Source of the DNA: an uncultured Pseudomonadota bacterium
GTDB lineage: Bacteria; Pseudomonadota; Gammaproteobacteria; Burkholderiales; Thiobacillaceae
Length of the DNA stretch: 64,000 nucleotides
Assembly: GCA_903835655.1 (NCBI GenBank)
Contig: CAILNT010000114.1
Span: 34,410-98,409 of the forward strand
Reading direction: 5' to 3'
Shown: positions 56,997-64,000 of the stretch, piece by piece
How the letters are laid out: each line of letters begins with the position of its first letter
How positions within the stretch are numbered: the stretch's first letter is position 1
Program-made: the position numbers and the translations under genes
Notes under the pieces: generated by a model
What the model saw: the letters and a program-made list of their open reading frames with translations, nothing else
Told to the model about the DNA's origin: nothing
Database searches by the model: none

Positions 56997-57986
56997 ATGG
57001 TTGGTCGGCGTGACCGACTCCGGGGACCGAGGAGCGGACGCTTTAGCTGTATTTGTATCCCGCCCGCAATTTGTCTGGCTGCAATTAACTCGGCGGCTGC
57101 GATAATTGTACGCACCTACGGAAAACTTGGTCAAACCTTGCTGATCTTTCTTCGCCTGTTCTCCCGGCTTCCCCTTCCCCTGGCGCACGCGCTCGGCGTT
57201 CTGTTGGGTCTCCTGGCCCTGTTGCGACGGCGGCACCGGGCCTTGTTGCGCGACAACCTGAAGCTGACCGGCCTCTACAGTCCACGCATCCTGCTGCGTG
57301 CGGGGGTGGAACTGGGCAAGGGGCTGATGGAACTGCCCCTGGTGTGGCTCGCCCCGCTGCCGCGCGTATTTACCCTGATACGGGAAGTTCGCGGCTGGGA
57401 GCACATCGAAGCCGCATCCGCCCAGGGACACGGCCTCGCCCTCCTTGTGCCCCACCTGGGCTGCTGGGAGATCGGCGGCATCTACCTCTCCTACCGGGTG
57501 CCGGTGACTGCGCTGTACACCCCACCGCCGCAGGAATGGGTGCATGAGATGATGCGCTACGGACGCGAACGCGCCGGCGCCAAGACCGTGCCACCTACGG
57601 CAGGCGGCGTACGCGCCCTGCTGGGGAAACTCAAGGCCGGCGAGGCCACCTTCATACTCCCGGACCAGTCCGCCAACCGCGGCGAAGGCTTGTGGATACG
57701 CTTTCTCGGCCACCCCGCCTACATGCCCTCCCTGCCGTATCGGCTGATCACCAGCACCCATGCCGTGCCACTCATTCTGTTCGCGGAACGCCTGTCCTGG
57801 GGACGCGGCTTCCGCCTGCATATCGAACCGCTGCCCGACGTGGAGGACAACACGGTAGCGACCCTGGCAAGAGTCGCCAACCAGGCCATCTCCGCGCTGA
57901 TCCGCGCCCATCCCGGACAATATCTCTGGAGTTATCGCCTGTTCCGCCAACAAGGCGATACGCCACCGCCGGACGACCTGGCGTGA
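56997..57986 (+). CDS. Lipid A biosynthesis late acyltransferase (LpxL/HtrB family); start uncertain
   Basis: [12 protein letters not shown] (HX4E), ILPDQ and ..QYLWSYRLF motifs. The first roughly 40 codons overlap the metK promoter region, so a later start is possible. Confidence 0.8.
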   Translation: MVGRRDRLRGPRSGRFSCICIPPAICLAAINSAAAIIVRTYGKLGQTLLIFLRLFSRLPLPLAHALGVLLGLLALLRRRHRALLRDNLKLTGLYSPRILLRAGVELGKGLMELPLVWLAPLPRVFTLIREVRGWEHIEAASAQGHGLALLVPHLGCWEIGGIYLSYRVPVTALYTPPPQEWVHEMMRYGRERAGAKTVPPTAGGVRALLGKLKAGEATFILPDQSANRGEGLWIRFLGHPAYMPSLPYRLITSTHAVPLILFAERLSWGRGFRLHIEPLPDVEDNTVATLARVANQAISALIRAHPGQYLWSYRLFRQQGDTPPPDDLA

Positions 57987-58867
57987 GGCGTTTGGGCGTC
58001 GTCCTTTTCTGGCTGCTCTGGCGGTTGTTGCCGGCCGGCGCGCTGGGATGGCTGGGCGAAGGGCTGGGCGCCGCGCTCTATTTCGTGGCCAGGGTGCGCG
58101 TCCGGGTCGGCCTCACCAATCTCTCCTTGTGTTTCCCGGAGTTGGACGAGGCCGCCCGCCACGCCCTGCTGCGCGCCCACTTTCGGGCTCTGGGCCGTGC
58201 CACCTTGCAGGAAACCGTTTCCTGGTGGGGCAGCCGCGACGAAGTCGAACGCCTCACCCGATTCGAGGGCCTGGAACACCTCGCGCCTCACAAGGGGAAG
58301 CCGCTGATCTGGCTGGCGCCGCATTTTGTTGGCCTCAACATCGGCGGCGTGCGCGTCACCGCAGCCTACGCGCCCATCGTCTCCCTGTACGCCAGCATCA
58401 AGAATCCACTCATCGAAAACCTGATGCTGCACGCCCGCATGCGCTTCGTCGGCGCGGGCGGCGCTTCGGAAATGTATTCCCGCCAGGACGGTATCAAGCC
58501 GGTGTTGCGCGCCATCAAGAAGGGGCGGCCTTTCTACTATCTGCCGGACATGGATTACGGCCCACGTGACGCGATATTCGTGCCATTCTTCGGCACGCCG
58601 ACCGCCACCATTACCGGAGTGTCGCGCATCGCCCGCGCCACCGGGGCCGTGGTGGTGCCATGCATCACGCGCCAGGAAGACGGAGCTTACGTCACCCGCT
58701 TCTACCCGGCTTGGGCGCATTTTCCCACGGAGGACGTTGCGGCCGACACCGCGCGCATGAATGCCTTCATCGAGGCGCGCATACGCGAGACTCCGGCGCA
58801 ATATTTCTGGCTGCACAAGCGCTTCAAGACCCGCCCACCAGGAGAAGCAAGCCTGTACCAGACTTGA
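57983..58867 (+). CDS. Second LpxL/LpxM-family lipid A acyltransferase
   Basis: NL.LCFPE, LAPHFVGLNIGG, YLPDMDYG and QYFWLHKRFK motifs. The GTG start overlaps the upstream stop (GTGA). Confidence 0.8.
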   Translation: MRRLGVVLFWLLWRLLPAGALGWLGEGLGAALYFVARVRVRVGLTNLSLCFPELDEAARHALLRAHFRALGRATLQETVSWWGSRDEVERLTRFEGLEHLAPHKGKPLIWLAPHFVGLNIGGVRVTAAYAPIVSLYASIKNPLIENLMLHARMRFVGAGGASEMYSRQDGIKPVLRAIKKGRPFYYLPDMDYGPRDAIFVPFFGTPTATITGVSRIARATGAVVVPCITRQEDGAYVTRFYPAWAHFPTEDVAADTARMNAFIEARIRETPAQYFWLHKRFKTRPPGEASLYQT

Positions 58868-58898
58868 GTCGCCGAGGATGCGGGACACGGGAGCCCAC

Positions 58899-60131
58899 TC
58901 AGTCGCAAGTGGCGTGCCTTGAGCCCTTGCCCAACAGCCACCGATGCACCAGCCAGCCAGACAGGATACACAGGGCCATGATCGTCGCCATGGGGGCCAG
59001 GCGCGGGCTTTGACTGACACCCATGGCCATGCCGGCCAGTGTGGCCAGGCCGAACTGCAAGGCGCCGATGAGGGCCGAGGCGGTGCCAGCCCTCTGGCCG
59101 TGGGTGGCGAGCGCGGCAGCGTTGGCATTGGGCAGGATGAACCCCAGGCTGGAGATGATCACCAGCAGCAGGGGCAGCGCCAGCCACAACGGCGGCAGTG
59201 GCATGAAGGCGGTGAGCGCCGCCAGGGCGAGGGCGGCCAGCGTGATGGCGCGCATGCCCCGGCGTAGTACGCGGGTCGGCTGCATGGTCTTCATGAGACG
59301 GGCGTTGAGCTGGCTGGCGGCGATGAAGCCGAAGGCGTTGCCGCCGAACACCAGGCCATAGTGTTTGGCCGGGATGCCGTAGAGATCGATCAGGACGTGC
59401 GGCGAACCGGCCAGATAGGTGAAGAAGCCGGCCATTGCCAGGCCCGAAGAAAGCGAATAGCCCATGAAAGCGGGCTCGCGCAGCAGGCCGAGATAGTCGC
59501 GAAAGCTGCGTAGCCAGTTGAGTGGCTGGGCATGACGGGTGTCGTGGCTTTCCGCCAAACCAAAGTGCATGGCCAGCAGGCAGATTACACCGAAGCCGGC
59601 CAGCAGCCAGAAGATCGCCCGCCAGCCCAGATGTGCGACCACCCAGCCGCCGGCCAGAGGCGCGAGGATGGGCGCGATGCCCATCACCAGCATGAGCATG
59701 GAGAAGGCCCGCGCCGAGTCGCGCACGTCGCAGCGGTCACGTACCACCGCACGGGTAATGACGATGCCGGCACAACCGCCCAGTGCCTGGATGAAGCGCC
59801 ACGTCGCCAGGCTGATGAGGTCGCCTGCCAGCGCCCCGCCAAGCGAGGCAAGGCTGTAGAGCAGCAGTCCGACATAGAGCGGCGGCTTGCGGCCAAAGCG
59901 GTCGCTGATGGGGCCGTAGACCAGTTGGCCGATGGCCATACCGACGAAGTAGCTCGCCAGCGTGTACTCCGGTCGCCCTGGCTGATGCGCGAATTCGCTC
60001 GCCATGGCGGGAAAGGCCGGCAAATACATGTCGATGGACAAGGGACCGATGGCGATGAGGCCACCGAGCAGGGTCAGCCATCCGGGCAGGTTGGTAAGAC
60101 GGGGTGTGGGTTGGGAGCTGAGACGGGGCAT
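58899..60131 (-). CDS. MFS drug-efflux transporter, Bcr/CflA subfamily
   Basis: GPLSIDMYLPAFPAM......., GPISDRFGRKPP and 12 TM helices. The start is at MPRLSS. Confidence 0.85.
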   Translation of the reverse strand: MPRLSSQPTPRLTNLPGWLTLLGGLIAIGPLSIDMYLPAFPAMASEFAHQPGRPEYTLASYFVGMAIGQLVYGPISDRFGRKPPLYVGLLLYSLASLGGALAGDLISLATWRFIQALGGCAGIVITRAVVRDRCDVRDSARAFSMLMLVMGIAPILAPLAGGWVVAHLGWRAIFWLLAGFGVICLLAMHFGLAESHDTRHAQPLNWLRSFRDYLGLLREPAFMGYSLSSGLAMAGFFTYLAGSPHVLIDLYGIPAKHYGLVFGGNAFGFIAASQLNARLMKTMQPTRVLRRGMRAITLAALALAALTAFMPLPPLWLALPLLLVIISSLGFILPNANAAALATHGQRAGTASALIGALQFGLATLAGMAMGVSQSPRLAPMATIMALCILSGWLVHRWLLGKGSRHATCD

Positions 60132-60293
60132 GGTTAGAGTCGGATTATCAGGCGCGCGCGCTGCATTCGCTCGCGTTGCCGCTGGATAAATCCGATTTCG
60201 CGCGCATCCGCGCGGCTCTTGAGCGATTGCGAACGACCTCTCGCTAGGGTTCATTGACTAGGTAGCCGCTGATCTATTCGATTTCGTTCATGG

Positions 60294-60352
60294 TTCGACA
60301 GGCTCACCACAAACGGAATCAATGGGTTGCCGTTCGTCCTGAGCTTGTCGAA
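60294..60352. repeat. Imperfect 23-bp-arm palindromic REP-like element
   Basis: TTCGACAGGCTCACCACAAACGG-n13-CCGTTCGTCCTGAGCTTGTCGAA has 19 of 23 arm positions complementary. It translates as ..PFVLSLSKD / VRPELVEG.., peptide strings I recall from spurious repeat-derived ORFs in proteobacteria. Confidence 0.6.
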
Positions 60353-60723
60353 GGATTTAATCAGTGGTTACCTAGCTGACCGAGTTGCCTGCCATGGTGA
60401 CCATGGCCGATCAGGAACCAGTACGAGTGCATGCAAACCGCCCTGTTCCGCATACGTGCGAACGGCAAGCGAGTTCCCTTCTGCCGGCCTCCAAACCCGG
60501 ACGCCCTGGAGCAAGACGCGATGGACAACCCAAGAGTTCGCATTCTACGGTGTCGGTATTTTTTACATAGGGTCTCGTTGCCGATGACAAAATCAAGCCA
60601 TATCATTATAAATTCAATTACTTAAAACATGTGGCGCGATTCTTGCCTAGTGTGCTACACGTTATTGAAAAATAACGCAAACTGATGCTGTCGCGAACCA
60701 TTTTTAATAGTTGGAGGCCGATA

Positions 60724-61371
60724 ATGATCACGAAACAACTACATAATTTCTTGCTCGCCGTGGGTATCATTGCATCGAGTATTGGGCAGGCACACGCAAC
60801 CACCAGCGGGTCCACCTATGATCTGACTCTGACAGGGGATACGAACAGTGTTTACACGGATTCTTATCTAAACGGTGGTGACAAAATTGATTTGTGGTAC
60901 TTAAATTTAAGCGGGCTTGATAACACCAATCCAATTGCGGTATCGATTTCAGATACGATCAATGTAACCGTTAATTTTAATCACGGCGCCACCATTCCGT
61001 CGTCGCTCACACGTACCAGTTTTTCCCTATGGTTGTCTGGATCGGAATTCCCTGTCATCGATACAGGCACTTCTGGAACTGTGACTTTTTTCAATAATGG
61101 CCTACCTGGACTATCAGCAACGACTGGTTGTAGCACATCAAGTTCGTTAGTCGCTTGCGCCGATTTCTACCCTCCAAACAACGCCATAACGTTCGATAAG
61201 CTTATGTATACGTTTACGATCACCAAGCTTGGTACCGCGCCCGACCAGAGCGTAACCTTGGACGGATCAAACATTGTGTTCCAGGGTATTAGTCCTGCCG
61301 TGCCGGAACCCGATACCTACACGATGATGTTCGCCGGCCTGGGTTTGTTGGGCTGGATGGTACGGCGGTAA
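60724..61371 (+). CDS. PEP-CTERM sorting-domain protein, in low-GC DNA
   Basis: Has a signal peptide and a Ser/Thr/Asn-rich body. The C-terminal VPEPDTYTMMFAGLGLLGWMVRR is a PEP motif plus TM helix plus basic tail. GGAGG RBS. Confidence 0.85.
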   Translation: MITKQLHNFLLAVGIIASSIGQAHATTSGSTYDLTLTGDTNSVYTDSYLNGGDKIDLWYLNLSGLDNTNPIAVSISDTINVTVNFNHGATIPSSLTRTSFSLWLSGSEFPVIDTGTSGTVTFFNNGLPGLSATTGCSTSSSLVACADFYPPNNAITFDKLMYTFTITKLGTAPDQSVTLDGSNIVFQGISPAVPEPDTYTMMFAGLGLLGWMVRR

Positions 61372-61451
61372 CCGATAACCACGCGGCGTTCTTCCCATTG
61401 CCTGGCAGATGAAGAGAATGCCTCCCATGTCAACAGGGCGTGGGGTGCGGA

Positions 61452-61754
61452 ATGGAAACGGGTCGGAAGAAGCGGCGTAGCCGGGACGAGTGGCGGGCGC
61501 TGTTGCGGCGCTTCGAGGAAAGCGGTTTGAGTCTGGCGGCGTTTTGTCGGGCGGATGCTTTCAGCGTGGCGAGTGTTCAGCGCTGGCGCGGTCTGCTCGG
61601 TCACCGCGTCGGGCAGGATGTCCAGCAGATCGAGGCGGCCAAGCCAGCCTTCGTCGATCTCGGCGCGTTGCCGCTGGCGGGCAGTCAACCCGCGCGTTTC
61701 GAGTTGACGCTCGACCTGGGTAGCGGCCTGGTACTCTACCTGGTGCGTGGCTGA
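61452..61754 (+). CDS. tnpA: IS66-family accessory protein TnpA (OrfA)
   Basis: RRSRDEWRALLRRFEESGLSLAAFCRADAFSVASVQRWR matches the IS66 OrfA HTH pattern. Confidence 0.85.
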   Translation: METGRKKRRSRDEWRALLRRFEESGLSLAAFCRADAFSVASVQRWRGLLGHRVGQDVQQIEAAKPAFVDLGALPLAGSQPARFELTLDLGSGLVLYLVRG

Positions 61755-62095
61755 TGTTCTTCCCCGAGGGCCAGATTCGGGTTCACCTCTATGGTCAGCC
61801 GGTGGACATGCGCAAGTCCTTCGATGGCCTCTACGCGCTTACACGCCATGGTTTGCAACAGGACCCGCTCTCTGGCCATCTCTTCGTCTTCATCAATCGA
61901 CGCGCCACGCAGATGAAGGTGCTCTATTGGGATCGCACCGGCTTCTGTATCTGGGCAAAGAGACTGGAATCTGGGCGATTCCTTTCCAATTGGCAGACCA
62001 TCGGCAATAGCGTCATGGATTGGACTGGATTGAAATTGATGCTCGAAGGGATCGTGCCGGAGCGTAAAAAGAAACGTTATCAATTACCCGCCTAA
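61754..62095 (+). CDS. tnpB: IS66-family accessory protein TnpB (OrfB)
   Basis: VDMRKSFDGLYALTRHGLQQDPLSGHLFVFINRRATQMKVLYWDRTGFCIWAKRLE is the highly conserved IS66 OrfB signature. Confidence 0.9.
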   Translation: MFFPEGQIRVHLYGQPVDMRKSFDGLYALTRHGLQQDPLSGHLFVFINRRATQMKVLYWDRTGFCIWAKRLESGRFLSNWQTIGNSVMDWTGLKLMLEGIVPERKKKRYQLPA

Positions 62096-62155
62096 TCCAG
62101 TCTGGTCGCAATAAAAAGTGACACACGAACAGCGGATTGAGATATAATCACTCTC

Positions 62156-62407
62156 ATGAAATCGACCATGGCCAAACGGGCGTTGGGCAACGATTGGCCG
62201 CGTTTCCTGGTGCTGGAAGTGAACCAGCAAGTGGTGGAACAGGCCGGCGAGTTGGTCGATACCTTTGCCTTACGCGGTTATGACAGCGTGCAATTGGCCT
62301 GCACCTACCTGGCAAACGAGCTGGCTCCGGTCATATTCGCGTGTTTCGACAAGCGGCTGAACAAGGCCGCCAAGGTGCTGGGTCTGGAGATTCTGGCGGT
62401 GGCGTAG
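62156..62407 (+). pseudogene. C-terminal fragment of a PIN-domain (VapC-like) toxin
   Basis: ..ALRGYDSVQLA.....FACFDKRLNKAAKVLGLEI.. is the PIN C-terminal half, including the last acidic-residue region. The N-terminal half, with its first Asp, is absent, and no antitoxin gene is adjacent. Confidence 0.55.
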
Positions 62408-62440
62408 TCGGTTCAGTTTCGCGACAACCCGCCCTTGCGG

Positions 62441-64000
62441 CTATAGCAACACCCGCTCGATGCCGCCCGCGTTGGCCTTGGCCACGAATTCCTTCAGCCA
62501 GTTTTCCCCCAGTTTCAGCCGGGCCAGTTCCACCACGACGTAGTCGGCTTCGATCTTGCTGTCCTCACCGTAGCGCAGCATGCCTTGCAGACAGGAGGGG
62601 CAGGAGGTGAGGATTTTCACCCGCTGGGCGCCGGCGTCGCGCAACCCGTCGGCCACACGGTCGATTTCCTCAGCCTTGCGAAAGCGCACCTGGGTAGCGA
62701 TGTCGGGACGACTGGCCGCGAAGGTGCCAGCCTCGCCACAGCAGCGCTCGGTCAACTTCACGTCCGCGCCCATCAGGGTCTTCACCGTATTGATCGGGTT
62801 GTACTGCTTGATCGGGGTGTGGCAGGGGTCGTGGTACATGTACTTCGTGCCCGTCACGCCCGCGAGCGAAACGCCTTTCTCCAGCATGTATTCGTGGATG
62901 TCCATGACACGGCAGCCAGGGAAGATCTTGTCGAACTGGTATTCCATCAACTGGTCCAGGCAGGTGCCGCAGGACACCAGTACGGTCTTGATGTCCAGAT
63001 AATTGAGGGTGTTGGCGATGCGGTGGAACAGTACCCGGTTCGACGTGGTGATGGCATCGCCCTTGGGGCGGTCGCCGGTGGCGGTCTGCGGATAGCCGCA
63101 GCACAGATAGGTGGGTGGCAATACAGTCTGCGCGCCAAGCTCGTAAAGCCAGGCTAGGGTGGCCAGGCCGACCTGGGAAAACAGGCGCTCGGAGCCGCAA
63201 CCGGGGAAATAGAACACCGCGTCGGATTCGTCGTTGACGCGGGTCGCGTCGCGCAGCACCGGCACGACCTTGGGGTCGTTGAGGCCCAGCATTTGTCGCG
63301 CCGTCTTGCTGGGAAGGCCGCCGGGGAGTGCGCGATTGAAGAAATGGATCACCTGGGTCGCTGCACTCGGCTTGCCCACCGTGGCCGGCGGTTGCCGCAT
63401 GGCTTCCTTCACGGTCGGCAGGCGGCGCATCACCGCCGCGCCGATACGCTGGCCGATATAGCCGAATTCGATGGCGCCGCGGCGCAGCAGGTGGATGGCG
63501 TCACCATCCGTGCTGTTGAGGAAGGTCATGGCCAGTTGGGTGGCCGGGGCCGATTTCTTCTTGCCGGCGGCGCGCAGGAAGTTGCGCATGGCCACGGTGA
63601 CGTCGCCGAAGTCGATATCCACCGGGCACGGATGCACGCACTTGTGGCAGACCGTGCAGTGATCGGCGATGTCGTCGAATTCGGCGAAATGCGCCAGCGA
63701 CACCCCGCGCCGCGTTTGCTCTTCGTAGAGGAAGGCTTCGATCAGGAGCGAGGTGGCGAGGATCTTGTTGCGCGGGGAATAGAGCAGGTTGGCGCGCGGC
63801 ACATGGGTATTGCACACCGGCTTGCACTTGCCGCAACGCAGGCAGTCCTTGATGGAGTCGGCGATGGCGCCGATCTCCGACTGCTCCATGATGAGCGACT
63901 CCAGTTCTAGCAGGCCGAAAGAGGGTGTGTAGGCGTTGGTCAGATCAGAGCCCTTGACCAGCTTGCCCTTGTTGAAGCGGCCTTCCGGATCCACCCGTGC
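62441..64000 (-). CDS. FAD-linked oxidase / (Fe-S)-binding oxidoreductase fusion (GlcD-GlcF-like), C-terminal part; 5' end outside the window
   Basis: DPEGRFNKGKL (end of the FAD-oxidase C-domain), two 4Fe-4S motifs (CLRCGKCKPVC; CTVCHKCVHPCP) and two CCG domains (FPGCGSE; HDPCH). The ORF runs off the right edge. Confidence 0.8.
   Translation of the reverse strand, partial: ARVDPEGRFNKGKLVKGSDLTNAYTPSFGLLELESLIMEQSEIGAIADSIKDCLRCGKCKPVCNTHVPRANLLYSPRNKILATSLLIEAFLYEEQTRRGVSLAHFAEFDDIADHCTVCHKCVHPCPVDIDFGDVTVAMRNFLRAAGKKKSAPATQLAMTFLNSTDGDAIHLLRRGAIEFGYIGQRIGAAVMRRLPTVKEAMRQPPATVGKPSAATQVIHFFNRALPGGLPSKTARQMLGLNDPKVVPVLRDATRVNDESDAVFYFPGCGSERLFSQVGLATLAWLYELGAQTVLPPTYLCCGYPQTATGDRPKGDAITTSNRVLFHRIANTLNYLDIKTVLVSCGTCLDQLMEYQFDKIFPGCRVMDIHEYMLEKGVSLAGVTGTKYMYHDPCHTPIKQYNPINTVKTLMGADVKLTERCCGEAGTFAASRPDIATQVRFRKAEEIDRVADGLRDAGAQRVKILTSCPSCLQGMLRYGEDSKIEADYVVVELARLKLGENWLKEFVAKANAGGIERVLL

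Larger units (their letters stand above)
61366..62100 (+). mobile_element. Truncated IS66-family element (tnpA and tnpB present, DDE transposase tnpC missing)
   Basis: The two accessory ORFs are in canonical overlapping order (TGATG). No roughly 500-aa transposase ORF follows. The left boundary is a guess (GTAA at 61366); no right IR was found. Confidence 0.7.

Noticed and set aside
56974-57130. A possible SAM-responsive riboswitch upstream of metK.
   Set aside because: Only a small hairpin (GTCGG-tcacg-CCGAC) is present. I could not fit any SAM-riboswitch class architecture from memory, so a covariance-model scan would be needed.
60361-60606. 81-aa and 86-aa ORFs, and a CCATGG-TGA-CCATGG palindrome, in the spacer before the PEP-CTERM gene.
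   Set aside because: There is no family resemblance, no RBS and mixed composition. I treat this as degraded accessory DNA, and no ncRNA structure was recognisable.

Overview
This is a GC-rich chromosomal window (visibly over 60% G+C). Gene content and synteny look like a betaproteobacterial, probably sulfur-oxidising, chromosome, but that is an inference because the window holds no rRNA or tRNA. I can support about 70 protein-coding genes, almost all core functions. In order they are: a 5'-partial fccB, a Cys-rich PAS-LuxR regulator, an FGE-sulfatase-domain protein with an outer-membrane barrel, lipA, a secreted DsrE-like protein, a beta-propeller protein, a small integrase-hicAB islet, an EVE-domain protein, pilU-pilT, yggS-proC-yggT-yggU followed by a dynamin-like GTPase, and a complete cysE-iscRSUA-hscBA-fdx-iscX cluster with an extra DUF3050 gene. 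Then come a FliJ-like protein, trm112-lpxK-exbDB, pcnB-folK-dNK-panBC, the nitrate/nitrite assimilation operon nirB-nirD-nasA-nasT, c-di-GMP proteins, cytochrome c551, a CobW-family GTPase, dbpA, cutA-dsbD-tlpA-ttcA, fxsA, an SSS transporter, ahcY behind an SAH riboswitch, metK, two lpxL-type acyltransferases and an MFS pump. The window ends with a low-GC accessory patch (PEP-CTERM protein, truncated IS66, PIN fragment) and a 5'-partial FAD/Fe-S oxidoreductase. I see no CRISPR array, no RNA genes other than the riboswitch, and no recognisable multi-gene defence system. The most unusual feature is a roughly 200-bp palindromic element with terminal inverted repeats and an exact 60-bp tandem duplication, sitting in frame inside nirB. 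It adds about 66 residues to a conserved flavoprotein domain. Secondary oddities are the DUF3050 gene wedged between hscA and fdx, a DsbD with two complete redox-active N-terminal domains, a dynamin-like GTPase translationally coupled to yggU, and two phased short-repeat arrays in the integrase islet. All family calls come from reading the translated ORFs and recalling family signatures; no database search was run.
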